Below, piece after piece: positions 1 through 13,495 of a stretch of 64,000 bases of DNA. A model generated the notes under the pieces. That model was not told the DNA's origin and ran no database searches. It saw nothing but the letters and a program-made list of their open reading frames with translations. A program made the position numbers and the translations under genes. Position 1 is the stretch's first letter; every line of letters begins with the position of its first letter. Origin of the DNA: Octopus vulgaris (lineage: Eukaryota); NCBI GenBank assembly GCA_951406725.2, contig OX597820.1:106206001-106270000 (forward strand), written 5' to 3'.

Positions 1-388
1 CTGTATTGAATAAGCTCATATACACACTCATATCAAAACACCCACATAAACATAGAGTTTGAGTTATGTTCAGAAAATGTTTATTTTTACCAACGTTATC
101 CTCCTCCAGATACATATATAAATATGTGTGTGTGCGTGTGTGTGTGTATGCGTATCCAGCACAGACAAAATAATTTATAAATGAAAATAGCAGAAGAGAG
201 GAATATTGGTTCCTTAATAGAATATTGCAAGTAACAAAGTAACCACAGAAAGCAGCAGGAACATAGGAATGGAAAGGTTCCAAAATCAGCTTGAAATTTC
301 CCACATAGCTGTGTGGGTTGGGCTTTTACCTTTGAGAATTAAAAATAAAATAAATAAATAAATATGTATATATTTATGTATGTATGTA

Positions 389-441
<53 letters not shown>

Positions 442-1799
442 CTCTTTTTCTATGGACATTTTAACTTAACACATATGTAGAAAAAAAAAACAAGCTAGCA
501 CACAGAAACAAACCCCAGTCTTTGTAGCTCTACAGTTTCAGAGCTGAAAGTGGAGAACAGAGAAATGAAGCAGACAATGTATGGTGAAGAATTTAACTAC
601 ATTTTTTTTGGTTTTTTTTTCTTTATTTCTTTCTTCACATTGTTTTGTTTTTCTTTTCTTTTTCCTTTTTGTTTATTTCTTTTCAAAGAACTAGGAAGCT
701 GGGCTATCATTTTGTTGCCAGGAAACAACTAACATCTTCAACTAATGCTTTACTTTTCAACGGGTATTTTATTACAGATTAAGTAATAAAAGTAATAAAA
801 AAAAAAGAAAAGAAAATAGAAAAGCCTCAGGTAATGCCAGTTTGTGTTACCAAATAGATATTTCAGAATTTGTAAATGGTTAAGTAGTGTTGCAAAATTG
901 GTGAGCTTCTCTTGGATAAAGCAAGTGTGCTGTGTGATCGAAGGTGAGTTCTTGGTCATGACTGTTTCAATTATTCTGATAATCAGTGTCCTTGGCAAAA
1001 TCATGAAGGTTACAACATCTCATTGACCCCTACCCATTCTCTACCTTCAATGAAAGACACTATATCTGGTCACTCAACTTGTTAAAAATAGCAGCCAGTT
1101 ATTCCTCAAACCACACCTTTCAATCTTAGAAGAAAATAAAAAAAAAGAACATAGGATAATGTCCTCCTAGACATACTGATACTGCAAAAAAAAACACGGA
1201 GAGGATAGTTATGGTTGGAATATTTTTTTGATGAGAGTTGGGGTTGACTAACAACAACTTCGACAATTCTTTCATCTTGAAGTCAATAAGGTTGATCACC
1301 CATTCATAGATACGTGTCATTTTCAATGAAATTCAACTTTGACCAGTTATTACCAATGTGGGGGCATATGCCCCACTGGTTGGGCTTGGGGAAAATTGTG
1401 GTGGGGTGTGGGATCCAAAATTTTTCTGTTTCTTTTTTTTAGTGGGTCATGGAATTGTGGAGATCTTTTTCTCACAGCAAACATACTACACCTATACTCA
1501 GCCTGGCCAATAAATCAATCCCTCCAGCCAAGCATATTGGGTGAATACTGTTTGCCACAGTATAGCAATATTCTAATACTCTAGTGTGGATATTTCTTTA
1601 AGGAAAGTATATAGTTATGAAGTTGTTTTTATCCAACCATCAGTGGGGAACACATTTTTCTGAAAAGCTATAGAGGAAAATAGATTGGGAAATATTGCTT
1701 TTAACTATCATTGCTATCATTCTTTATCTGCTGCTTTCTGCCCCCTCTTTTACTCTTTTATGATGAGTTGTAATGCATATAAATTGTTTTGTTTGTTCC

Positions 1800-2080
1800 T
1801 TCTCGAGCCATACCTGGCTCATAAGGGCCAGTTTCCCAGTTTCCTTGGCGTACAGGTTCTACACCCAGATGGGACGCCAGTCTGTCGCAGGTGAGCTGAA
1901 AGTTGTGAGAGAAAGTTGTGGCGAAAGAGTCAGCAGAAGTTTGCCATTACCTTCTGCCGGAGCCACGTGGAACTTAGGTGTTTCACTCATTAACACACAC
2001 ATCACTCGGTCTTAGATTCGAACCCACGATTCCTTGACCACGAGTCCACTGCTCTAACCACTAGGCCACGTGTCTCCACA
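1800..2080 (-). mobile_element. tRNA-derived SINE (head H1 + tail T1)
   Basis: Minus strand begins TGTGGAGACACGTGGCCTAGTGGTTAGAGC (pol III A box) and has GGTTCGAATC (B box). Head matches 12560-12750; tail matches 4510-4600. Confidence 0.8.
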
Positions 2081-2340
2081 CAATGTATATAAATACTGTA
2101 TACAATAAGTTCATTGAAAAATTACTTGCCTTTGGGTGACCATGGCTAGGTGAGGTTTCTACCAATAACCCTCAAAGGTCTCGCCCTTTTGAGGAATTAT
2201 TAATTGTTTGGAATTGTTTGGAATTTTTTATTGTTATTCTCCTTTTTCACATACTTTTTACTGTATTGTTCATAATATTTTTGTCAACCCTTAGCATTTA
2301 ATTTCTCTTTATGTTCTAAGTTCAAATTTCGCTAAGGTCA

Positions 2341-2371
2341 ACATACATACATGCATGCATGCATACATACA

Positions 2372-2405
<34 letters not shown>

Positions 2406-2540
2406 CAAACATACATACAAACAAACATACAAATATACATACATACAAACATACAAACATACATACATACATACATACATACACACACACATACATACAT
2501 ACATACACACAAACATACATACATACATACATACATATAT
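2341..2540. repeat. (CATA)n microsatellite
   Basis: Direct CATA/CAAA/CACA repeats; source of the spurious MYVC/HTYI ORFs. Confidence 0.97.
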
Positions 2541-2950
2541 ACAAGGTGGCTGCCCCCTCGTTATCGAGTATGGCCATTGCACAAAGCTTAATCAATGTTG
2601 TTATCGTGCAATGCCTGTGCAAGAAGATTTTGTTTTTAAAGTGAAGAAAGGCTGTGCACTGAGTCAATCCCACTCACTAAGCAACAGCAGCCATAATCCG
2701 AAAAGAAGAACAAGTCAACATCATCGGTAACCACTGAGCCGCAGGTTTTATGTCGGAGTTATCCCAGTTACCTGAGTTACCTTCTCCTTGAAGGATGCCC
2801 TAACAAAGGCTAGAAGTCCTTCACTCCGAATGGTTTAACCACGCGATCGGTTATTCAGTCCGATTATTTCTATGTCCCCGCGTATGATACAGCCTTAAGG
2901 CATTTATTGGATGACCGTTGACTCTCAAGAGTTCCTCCGCCCTTTTTGTT

Positions 2951-3120
2951 ACAAACATACAAACATACATACATACATACAAACATACATACATACATAC
3001 ACACATACATACATACATACATACACACACACATACATACATACATACATACACACATACATATATACATACATACATACATACATACATACATACATAC
3101 ATACATACATACATACATAC
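2951..3120. repeat. (CATA)n microsatellite
   Basis: Direct tetranucleotide repeats. Confidence 0.97.
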
Positions 3121-3239
3121 CAAAATCTGGTCCAAATGAGCAGTGGTACTGAATAAATAAATGAAGTTGAAAATGCACAGAGAATGTCTGAGAATTTATT
3201 TAAATTTAAAATATGTATTATTTTAATCTTTTATTCTTT

Positions 3240-3628
3240 TATTTTTTTCAGTCATTTGACTGCAGCCATGCTGGAGCATCACCTTTAGTTGAGCAAATCG
3301 ATCCCAGGACTTATTCTTTGTAAGCTTAGTACTTATTCTATCAGTCTCTCTTGCCGAACCGCTAAATGATGGGGATATAAACACACCAGCATTGGTTGTC
3401 AAGCGACGTTGGGATGACAAACACAGACACACAAACATATACATGCATACATATATATATATATACAACAGGCTTCTTTCAGTTTCCCTCTACCAAATCC
3501 ACTCACAAGTCTTTGGTTGGCCCAAGACTATAGTAGAAGAACTTGCCCAAGATGCCACACAGTGGGATTGAACCCAGAACCATGTGGTTGGTAAGCAAGC
3601 TACTTACCATGCAGTCTCTCCTGTGCCT
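3240..3628 (-). mobile_element. tRNA-derived SINE family A (internal microsatellite), near full length
   Basis: Minus head GGCACAGGAGAGACTGCATGGTAAGTAGCTTGC...GGGTTCAATCCC, central TA/TG tract, tail ...CAGTCAAATGACTGAAA. Homologous to 19300-19790, 51728-52900 and 57120-57456. Confidence 0.85.
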
Positions 3629-4509
3629 GTATATATATACACATGCACTTAACTGGTGTGGAGCTGTGTTGCAAATGGTGTCTTTTCTGGCTGTTGTAAA
3701 AAACCATTTGTTTTTATAGAAAGAATGTGACTCAGAATACAATCAATTAACTGGTTGGGGATGGTCGCATGCTAAGGTAAGGGAATTCCCTGCAAGATCA
3801 CTCATGTCAACGTTTTTGTCCAATGGTTGTGTAATTTGATGGTTAGAACAATAACTTTAAACAGTGAAAAGCACATCTGAATTTAGAGCTATTTTAGCCT
3901 TTAGGTTGTGCTCATGTGTTAGATTAAACAAAGTACATCTCAGTATGCCCTTCTGTGTATATAAGGCTATATATCTAAATATGTACGTATGAAATATCAT
4001 TGAGCTGTATATCTGAATATGTACATATGCATATTTAGTATATTTAGGGCAGTAAATCTAAGTATGAATATGAAAGTGTGTCTCATTGCATCACAATATT
4101 TCACTGTACAGCAGAGTAATATATGTAGTCATTTTATTTGTATTCAGAGGAGGGAAGAAAAGTGAGAATGGCTATGGCCTTTGAGAACCATCCCAGCAGC
4201 AGCAATGGCCTTTGAAGGATTTCCCAGCAGCTATACCAGTGACCTTTGGAGGAACTCCCAGACCACTCTGCTGAGATTGCAAATGAATTTGAATAGTTTT
4301 TGGACTGATATTTACAGGAACAATGTTGAAGGGGAAGGAATTTCAAATGGCTGTAACTTTAAGTGTGATTAGGCAGAGTCAGAGCATATGTGTAAATGAG
4401 TGCGCCAGTGCATGAGTGAATGAGCTTGTCAGAATATAAGTATATGAGTATGTTAGAATATGAGTGAATGAGTATGTTAGAAAAAGAGTAAATAAAATTT
4501 TAAAAGTTA

Positions 4510-4752
4510 CCTTCTTGAGTCACACCAATTCATAACGGCCGGTTTCCTGGTTTCATGGTGCATGTATTCCCCACCTGGAAAGAATGCCAGTCCATCACAG
4601 GATTACTCATTTTTGCCAGCTGAGTGGACTGAGCAACATGAAATAAAGTGTTTTCCTCAAGAACACAACTAGTTGCTTGGTCCAGGAATCAAGATTACAA
4701 TCTTACAATCTTAAGTTCAACACCCTAACCACTAAGCAACAGGCCTCCACAG
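4510..4752 (-). mobile_element. tRNA-derived SINE (head H2 + tail T1)
   Basis: Minus head GTGGAGGCCTGTTGCTTAGTGGTTAGGGTG, body CTTGAGGAAAACACTTTATTTC...CACTCAGCTGG. Tail shared with 1800-1890. Confidence 0.75.
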
Positions 4753-4793
4753 TAAAAGTAAATGAGAATGTCAGAATATGAATGAATGAGTGC

Positions 4794-5030
4794 ATCATCA
4801 TCATTTAGCATCCATGCTGGCATGCGTTAGACAGTTTGCCTGGAACCGGTAAGCTGCAGAGCTGCACTAGGCTTCAGTCTGTTTTAGCTTCATTTCTATG
4901 GCTGGATGGAGTGTACTGGGTATCTTTTACATGCCACTGGCATGGGTACCATTAACATGTCATTAGCACAGGTGCCTCTAACATTTCACCAGAAAGGGTG
5001 CCTTTTGCAGGTCATTGGCACAGGTGCCAA
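4794..5030 (-). mobile_element. Decayed RTE-type 3' end
   Basis: (CAT)n followed by CCATGCTGGCATG...GGCTGGATG, similar to the RTE 3' UTRs at 35938 and 47680. Confidence 0.6.
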
Positions 5031-5083
5031 ATGAGAACGTCAGAATATGAGCAAATGAGTTCATCACAATTATAAATAAAAAT

Positions 5084-7876
5084 GTCAGAAAATGAGTGTA
5101 TAACTGTATCATAAATGATTAAATGAGTATGTCAGAAAATGAGTGTATGACTATATCATAAATGATTAAAAGAGTATGTCAGAAAATGAGTGTATGACTA
5201 TGTCATAAATGATTAAATGAGTATGTCAGAAAATGAGTGAATGATTATATCACAAATGATTAAATGAGTATGTCAGAAAATGAGTGAATGATTATATCAC
5301 AAATGATTAAATGAGTATGTCAGAAAATGAGTGTATGACTATATCATAAATGATTAAATGAGTATGTCAGAAAATGAGTGTATGACTATATCATAAATGA
5401 TTAAATGAGTATGTCAGAAAATGAGTGAATGATTATATCACAAATGATTAAATGAGTATGTCAGAAAATGAGTGAATGATTATATCACAAATGATTAAAT
5501 GAGTATGTCAGAAAATGAGTGAATGATTATATCACAAATGATTAAATGAGTATGTCAGAAAATGAGTGAATGATTATATCACAAATGATTAAATGAGTAT
5601 GTCAGAAAATGAGTGAATGATTATATCACAAATGATTAAATGAGTATGTCAGAAAATGAGTGAATGATTATATCACAAATGATTAAATGAGTATGTCAGA
5701 AAATGAGTGTATGATTATATCACAAATGATTAAATGAGTATGTCAGAAAATGAGTGAATGATTATATCATAAATGATTAAATGAGTATGTCAGAAAATGA
5801 GTGAATGATTATATCACAAATGATTAAATGAGTATGTCAGAAAATGAGTGAATGATTATATCACAAATGATTAAATGAGTATGTCAGAAAATGAGTGAAT
5901 GATTATATCACAAATGATTAAATGAGTATGTCAGAAAATGAGTGAATGATTATATCACAAATGATTAAATGAGTATGTCAGAAAATGAGTGAATGATTAT
6001 ATCACAAATGATTAAATGAGTATGTCAGAAAATGAGTGAATGATTATATCACAAATGATTAAATGAGTATGTCAGAAAATGAGTGAATGATTATATCACA
6101 AATGATTAAATGAGTATGTCAGAAAATGAGTGAATGATTATATCACAAATGATTAAATTAGTATGTCAGAAAATGAGTGAATGATTATATCACAAATGAT
6201 TAAATGAGTATGTCAGAAAATGAGTGAATGATTATATCATAAATGATTAAATGAGTATGTCAGAAAATGAGTGTATGACTATATCACAAATGATTAAATG
6301 AGTATGTCAGAAAATGAGTGGATGACTATATCACAAATGATTAAATGAGTATGTCAGAAAATGAGTGAATGATTATATCACAAATGATTAAAGGAGTATG
6401 TCAGAAAATGAGTGTATGACTATATCATAAATGATTAAATGAGTATGTCAGAAAATGAGTGAATGATTATATCACAAATGATTAAATGAGTATGTCAGAA
6501 AATGAGTGAATGATTATATCACAAATGATTAAAGGAGTATGTCAGAAAATGAGTGTATGACTATATCACAAATGATTAAATGAGTATGTCAGAAAATGAG
6601 TGAATGATTATATCACAAATGATTAAATGAGTATGTCAGAAAATGAGTGAATGATTATATCACAAATGATTAAAGGAGTATGTCAGAAAATGAGTGAATG
6701 ATTATATCACAAATGATTAAATGAGTATGTCAGAAAATGAGTGTATGACTATATCACAAATGATTAAATGAGTATGTCAGAAAATGAGTGAATGATTATA
6801 TCACAAATGATTAAATGAGTATGTCAGAAAATGAGTGAATGACTATATCATAAATGATTAAATGAGTATGTCAGAAAATGAGTGAATGATTATATCATAA
6901 ATGATTAAATGAGTATGTCAGAAAATGAGTGTATGACTATATCATAAATGATTAAAGGAGTATGTCAGATAATAAGTGTATGACTATATCACAAATGATT
7001 AAAGGAGTATGTCAGAAAATGAGTGTATGACTATATCATAAATGATTAAATGAGTATGTCAGAAATTGAGTGAATGATTATATCACAAATGATTAAAGGA
7101 GTATGTCAGAAAATGAGTGGATGACTATATCACAAATGATTAAATGAGTATGTCAGAAAATGAGTGAATGATTATATCACAAATGATTAAAGGAGTATGT
7201 CAGAAAATGAGTGTATGACTATATCATAAATGATTAAATGAGTATGTCAGAAAATGAGTGAATGATTATATCACAAATGATTAAAGGAGTATGTCAGAAA
7301 ATGAGTGTATGACTATATCATAAATGATTAAATGAGTATGTCAGAAAATGAGTGGATGACTATATCATAAATGATTAAATGAGTATGTCAGAAAATGAGT
7401 GAATGATTATATCACAAATGATTAAAGGAGTATGTCAGAAAATGAGTGGATGACTATATCATAAATGATTAAATGAGTATGTCAGAAAATGAGTGAATGA
7501 TTATATCACAAATGATTAAAGGAGTATGTCAGAAAATGAGTGTATGACTATATCATAAATGATTAAATGAGTATGTCAGAAAATGAGTGAATGACTATAT
7601 CATAAATGATTAAATGAGTATGTCAGAAAATGAGTGAATGATTATATCATAAATGATTAAATGAGTATGTCAGAAAATGAGTGTATGACTATATCATAAA
7701 TGATTAAATGAGTATGTCAGAAAATGAGTGAATGATTATATCACAAATGATTAAAGGAGTATGTCAGAAAATGAGTGAATGATTATATCACAAATGATTA
7801 AAGGAGTATGTCAGAAAATGAGTGTATGACTATATCATAAATGATTAAATGAGTATGTCAGAAAATGAGTGAATAA
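5084..7876. repeat. 47-bp tandem minisatellite, about 59 copies
   Basis: Unit AAATGATTAAATGAGTATGTCAGAAAATGAGTGAATGATTATATCAC. GTATGTCAGA recurs at 5221 and 5268, giving a period of 47. No unique spacers. Confidence 0.97.
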
Positions 7877-8709
7877 GTATGTTAAAATAGAATCAAATGA
7901 GTATGTCAGGATATGAGTAAATGAGTATGTCAGGATATGAACAAATGAGTATGTCAGGATATGAATAAATCAGTATGTAAGGCTATGTTAACAAATGAGT
8001 ATGTATACTGATATATGTCTTCAGTTCTCCGCTCTACACACCTAAAGAAACAAAACAAACAATACTCAGTGACTAATTCGCTTTCTTTTTTACCTATTTT
8101 GTAGTTAAAGTTTTGATGTTTTCTTCTTCGATTATGTTAATCATAATCTATTGGGGTTTTTTTTTCCTTACCGATAGCTTCTAGGAAAAATTTATACTCT
8201 GAATATTTTTACTTTTCCACACATACAATTATACATTACTAGTGAGACCTGTGAATACTTCATGGAATTAATGTTATATCTATTGGATTATTTTTGAAAA
8301 CTTTATCTAAAAACCTGAAAGCGTAGCCTGTGTTGTGTCTATATGGAAAGATAGTCACTCATCTGCTACTCATTGAAAAGTGAGAGAAATATGAATATGA
8401 TAATTATTTAATGCACTTTATATATTCACTTTATATACTTTATGCATAATTTTATAGAGTTAGTACACAGCTCTCATATAATAAATATTCACTCTTATCT
8501 TTCCATTTTCCCCATGAACAGAAAAAATATCTTGTACATATGATACAACCTTTAATTAAATTACATATATTTGCCATGTAAATAAGTGTGAATATTTCAT
8601 GTAATTTCACTTATGTGCACACCTTAAGTGATAGGTGTTTTAAGAAACAGTTGAAGTTTTTAAAAAAATACACTTTTCACTATCCATTGACCACCACCAC
8701 CACATCCAT

Positions 8710-9240
8710 CTCCACCACCACTATCATCTCTCTCTTCCTCCTTTCTCTCTCCCCACTTTATTCCCTCCTCCCTCTCCCTCCTCTCTCTCTACCCTCTTTC
8801 TCTCCCTCATCCATTTCCTCTCTCCCTCATCTCTCTCCTCTCTCTCCTCTCTCCCTCTCTCTCCTCCCTCTCTCTCTCTCTCTGCCTTTCTTTAACCTTA
8901 TCATCAGAACATCACCCCTCTGCTAAAATTATATTTGTAACTCTTCACCTCTAACTTCAACTAACTTTTTCAACGATGTAATAAATATTGCATTCCCTCT
9001 ACTGCATATTATGGATGCTTCTCTCTCCCTCTTTTTCTTTCTCCCTCTTTCTGTCTCACTCTTCACCTTAGTCTCTTTTCTCTCTCTTTTTTCTTTCTGC
9101 TCTCTTTCCCTTTGACTAATCATGTGAAAGCATTACAATTACATTCTCTCTACCTCACATCATGGACACCTCTTTCTCCCTCTTTTTTCCTTCCCTCTTT
9201 TTCTCTCTCCTTCTTTTCTTTCTCCTTCTTTTTCTCTAAT
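8710..9240. repeat. CT-rich low-complexity tract
   Basis: Polypyrimidine (CT/CCT) runs. Confidence 0.8.
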
Positions 9241-9341
9241 CACATGAAAGCCTTACTGATGGGCTAAATAATGCTATGACAAGCAAAATTATTATTAAAT
9301 TATACATTTACTTAGTGATTGCCTGATCATTACTTTGATAA

Positions 9342-9601
9342 TGTTGTTACATAATTTGTTATGTACAATAAATAAGATAACCAGACAACAGTAAAAACAA
9401 TGTAACGAACTAACAAATCTCTTTATAAACTAAAAATCAATATTCCTTGTGAACTAACCAACTTCCAACTTCACTGCAAACTAACTTCACTTGACTCCAA
9501 ACTCTGAGCCTCCAACTCACTCAGATCGTTACTATTTATACTTTACTCAGACCAGTCCATCTCTAGCAAGGGGGGGGGGCATCGTAACTCTCATCACAAC
9601 A
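9342..9601 (-). mobile_element. Solo LTR of a Gypsy-type element
   Basis: TGTTGT...ACAACA termini and flanks GATAA/GATAC (4/5 match, putative 5-bp TSD). TATAAATA on the minus strand. Reverse complement resembles 29295-29475, downstream of an integrase remnant. Confidence 0.7.
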
Positions 9602-10194
9602 GATACTTATTTCAGTTATTAGACTGTGGACGTGCTGGGGAAGCGCTTTGAAGAATTTTAGTCAAACAAATTGACCCTAGTACTTTTTTAAAGCTTGTTA
9701 CTTATTCGCTCATTCTCTTTTGCTGAACTGCTAATAAATAAAATGTGAACAATAAAAAAATAAGCAATAATAAAATAAACATGCCACTAATACTCCATGT
9801 CTCACAACTGGGTAAGATTTTCTTTTGTAAAATATACAGTTTTGCCTAACTTATGAGAACCCATATAATTTTGATTGGATAAACAACTGAACATCCTTTT
9901 AATCAATTTATTTTAGTTATTTCATAACCTCTGATGAATTTAGTACAGCAAAGAAAATTATACAACTTATGACTTCAATATAGAAATTGCTCAAACCAAG
10001 TTATGTTAGTGTTAGCAACATAAGTTAATGTTAAAATAACAGGAAGTTTCACAAGTTTAATTAGAAATAATTATGTTGCGAGAAAAAAGAAAATAATATT
10101 TTTCATGGAGTAATATCATTTTGAGTCTTGGACAAGTAAGTTTCTGTCTTATTAGACCTTCTCAACAAAACAAACTTCACTGTACTTAATGAAC

Positions 10195-10325
10195 TAACCA
10201 ATCTTTTCAACCAGAGCCAACAAGATGCTTTCTCAGCAGCTTCTATGTTGTTTATGATGGCTCTTCTTCTGCAAGCTTCTGAAATGTCCAGACTTCCAAA
10301 GGCTTTACACATCGTATGACTTGTG
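10195..10325 (-). mobile_element. C-terminal remnant of an RLE-type non-LTR retrotransposon (HERO-like)
   Basis: Translation RRRAIINNIEAAEKASCWLWLKR resembles the C-terminus after the restriction-like endonuclease of HERO-clade elements. Confidence 0.6.
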
Positions 10326-10435
10326 AGGCCAATTATTATTTTTTATGGAAGATTAGAAATGAACAACATCACTTGTATGATGTTGACACTCATCAACAAC
10401 CATGATGTGATGTCAAGACAAAGTAACACGCACAC

Positions 10436-10488
<53 letters not shown>

Positions 10489-10589
10489 CTCTCCCATCAT
10501 TAGATGATGTATGAGGGTTTGACAATTTCTTATTGAACAACCACACAGATGATTTGTTTATAGTGATCAAATGTATGTATATACATAAG

Positions 10590-10786
10590 TTCACTCCCTA
10601 CATCAAATCAACATTACCTGTACAGGTGCAACGAGTGCCACATGTCAGATGATGAAATGATTGCAGAACAACATGAAATGAAGTGCCTTGCTCAAGAGCA
10701 CAATGCAACACCTGGTCTGGGAATTGAACCCATGACCTCACAATCATGATTGCAACACCTTAACCACTGAGCCATGTGCCTTCACA
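10590..10786 (-). mobile_element. tRNA-derived SINE (head H2, different tail)
   Basis: Minus GTGAAGGCACATGGCTCAGTGGTTAAGG...GGGTTCAATTCCC...CTTGAGCAAGGCACTT. Confidence 0.75.
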
Positions 10787-10808
10787 TGTACATATATATA
10801 TATATATA

Positions 10809-10930
10809 CTAGCAGTATAACCCAGCTTTGCCCGGGATTAAGTTAGGATTATTAAGCTAATCAAGTTCTTTATTTCCAACCAAACTAACATCGACGTCAA
10901 ATTTGGGCAAAATCCATTGATATTGGTATG

Positions 10931-10998
<68 letters not shown>

Positions 10999-12040
10999 GT
11001 GTGCATACATGTTCATAGACAGAAATGAATGGAAAAAATGTTGGTAAATTTGTAGATCAACACTCCCACGATTTTCACTAAGAAAAAAATCGGATTTTTT
11101 ACATGGAATCAACTACTCTGGCCTCCTAATATGCTACAAAGTCCTTTTTGTAGTCCGAAAAACGGGGTGGGGTGTGGTGGAAGCCTCGGAAATTGTACCC
11201 ATTTATATTGTGTAATTCACTGTCAAATTGTTACCTACCACTTTGTTTCTTTGTTGTTAAATAAATAGATTCTCAACAAAACACTTTTTCCTCGGATCAA
11301 AATAAAAACAAAACTCTTTCACACCCAAAATAATGTGTGTGTGGGAGGGGGGAGAAACATGAACGATTTAAAATAAATAAATGATTTAAAATATCTTTTA
11401 ATTGTTGTGTGAGAAAGTATATATAATCTGATTATGAAATATAGTGTCTTTCAAAATCATTCCAAAATTTGAAGACTATATCTTGTGTTTAAGAAAAAAA
11501 CAGAACATTTTACATTTTTATTTTTGATGAACGTTGTCACTCTCTCTCTCTCTCCTCACGCTTTGTCTATACCATTTTTCTTTTGTTAGACGCTGTCAAA
11601 CTCTCTCCCTCTCTTCCTTACACATACTTTTTCTTTACTTTTTTGTTAAACGCTGTCAAACACTCTCTCTGTCTCCCTCCCTGACACACACACACACACA
11701 CATACATCAACATACAACTTTTCTCTCTTCCTCACACACCCACACATACATCAACGCACAACTTCTCTCTCCCTCACACATACACACACACATTTTCACT
11801 TTGCTATGGCGAGAAGGGACTTAACCCATGTTAGCAAGCTTCAAAATTAGTAAAAGTTATGGTTGAAAATTGATTTTTACCGGTATTCGTGGGTGCCTCA
11901 GGAAAAATAAGTTGACAAAACCCAGGTAGTATGGTGACGAATGTCCTCCTAAAATTGGGGTGACATGCATGCTAATTTGTGGACGTGCATAAACTACATT
12001 CACGTACACACACACACATTCTGCCTTATATATATACAGA
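10809..12040 (-). mobile_element. Non-autonomous Helitron-like element
   Basis: Minus 5' TCTGTATATATATAAGGCAG; 3' CCCGGGCAAAGCTGGGTTATACTGCTAG (hairpin + CTAG). Sits in a TA tract. Both termini are shared with 59174-60793. Confidence 0.75.
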
Positions 12041-12081
12041 TATATATATACACACACACATATATATAAATATATATATAA

Positions 12082-12136
<55 letters not shown>

Positions 12137-12139
<3 letters not shown>

Positions 12140-12357
12140 CTTTACTACCCACAAGGGGCTAAACACAGAGAGGACAAACAAACGGATTAAGTCGATTATA
12201 TCGACCCCAGTGCGTAACTGGTACTTATTTAATCGACCCCGAAAGGATGAAAGGTAAAGTCGACCTCGGCGGAATTTGAACTCACAACGTAGCGGCAGAC
12301 GAAATACGGCTACGCATTTCGCCCGGCGTGCTAACGTCTTTGCCAGCTCGCCGCCTT
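12137..12357 (-). mobile_element. SINE family C
   Basis: Minus GGCGGCGAGCTGGCAAAGACGTTAGCACGCC...GAGTTCAAATTCC...CCTTTCATCCTTTCGGGGTCGA. CpG-rich, young-looking copy. Confidence 0.85.
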
Positions 12358-12370
12358 TATATATATATAT

Positions 12371-12752
12371 CGTGGCACTCCATTGGTTATGACAATGAGG
12401 GTTCCAGTTGATCCGATCAATGGAACAGTCTGCTCATGAAATTAACGTGTGAGTGGCTGAGCACTCCACAGACATGAGTACCTTTAATGTAGTTCTCAGG
12501 AAGATTCAGCCGGACACAGTGTGTGACAATGCTGGCCCTTTGAAATACAAGTACAACAGAAACAGGAAGAAAGAGTGAGAGAAGTTGTGGTGAAAGAGTA
12601 CAGCAGGGTTCGCCACCACCACCTGCTGGAGCCTTGTGGAGCTTTTGGTGTTTTTGCTCAATAAACACTCACAACGCCCAGTCTGGGAATTGAAACAGCG
12701 ATCCTATAACCGCGAGTCCACTGCCCTAACCATGAGGCCATTGTACCTCTGC
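12371..12752 (-). mobile_element. tRNA-derived SINE (head H1 + tail T2)
   Basis: Head homologous to 1900-2080; tail is the reverse complement of 16025-16200. Confidence 0.75.
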
Positions 12753-13112
12753 ACACACATAGACACACATGCACACGTGCACATACACACACACACATAT
12801 ATACACACACACTGCTACAACCAATGAGCTGCTGCAACCCCAACCAACACCACGGTTACTACTACTATGACCAACAGTCACTGCTGCTACTGCCATTTCA
12901 GCCACTGGTCATTCGGACACATAGGACAACTAAAAACAACCACATGGATTCTGTTGAGACCAGTAAGAAAGAATTATTAACTTTTTTTATTACACTCAAC
13001 TTTAAATTTACAGCTATTATGCTTACTGAGCCCATAAAACACCACCACATGGATTCTATTGAGACCAGTAAGAAACAATTATGAACTTTTTTATTACACT
13101 TTACTTTTTAAA

Positions 13113-13163
13113 ATATTTTTGATAAGGTTCACTTTTTCAAGAAGAACCGAAACATGTAAAATT
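13113..13163 (+). ncRNA. Decayed hammerhead-like motif
   Basis: attt TTGATAA GGTTC-13 nt-GAACC GAAAC AT GTA aaat. Stem II is perfect; the core has two substitutions relative to CUGAUGA. Confidence 0.35.
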
Positions 13164-13265
13164 TCTAAGAAAATTAAGATTTATCTTATAAAGTGGCGTT
13201 TTCAAACTTCTTTTTTATAAATATATACCCACTTGTATACGATCTACACTTATTATAAATATATA

Positions 13266-13329
<64 letters not shown>

Positions 13330-13331
<2 letters not shown>

Positions 13332-13495
13332 CAATGAGTTTCTTTCAGTTTTTGTCTATTAAATCCCCTTACAATGATTTGATTGACCCAAGACTGTAGT
13401 AGAAGACAATTGGGCAAGATGCTGTGCAGTAGAATTGAACCCAAAACCACATGGGAAACAAGCTTCTTAATCATACTGATGTACCTACCCCTACA
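13330..13495 (-). mobile_element. SINE family A head fragment
   Basis: TTTCTTTCAGTTT...GTAGAAGAC...GAATTGAACCC, as in the other family A copies. Confidence 0.7.

Noticed and set aside
536-580. Possible plus-strand microexon (SELKVENREMKQT)
   Set aside because: Splice sites are only moderate and there are no supporting exons or recognisable homology.
2000-2080. tRNA gene
   Set aside because: A and B boxes are present but there is no complete cloverleaf, and the sequence continues into a repeated SINE body. The same applies to the other SINE heads.
4134-4346. ORF with EWSGSS...YSCWEILQ, faintly like the Tc1 WPxxSPDLNPxxxxW region
   Set aside because: Too degenerate, with no TIRs or other motifs.
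5084-7876. CRISPR-like or coding repeat array
   Set aside because: Units are contiguous with no unique spacers and no cas genes. The period of 47 is not a multiple of 3, and the ORF track shows no ORF here.
8238-8270. Helitron-like 3' end on the minus strand (similar motif at 22567), and an orphan 5' end at 34093-34253
   Set aside because: No matching opposite terminus could be located, so element boundaries are unsupported.
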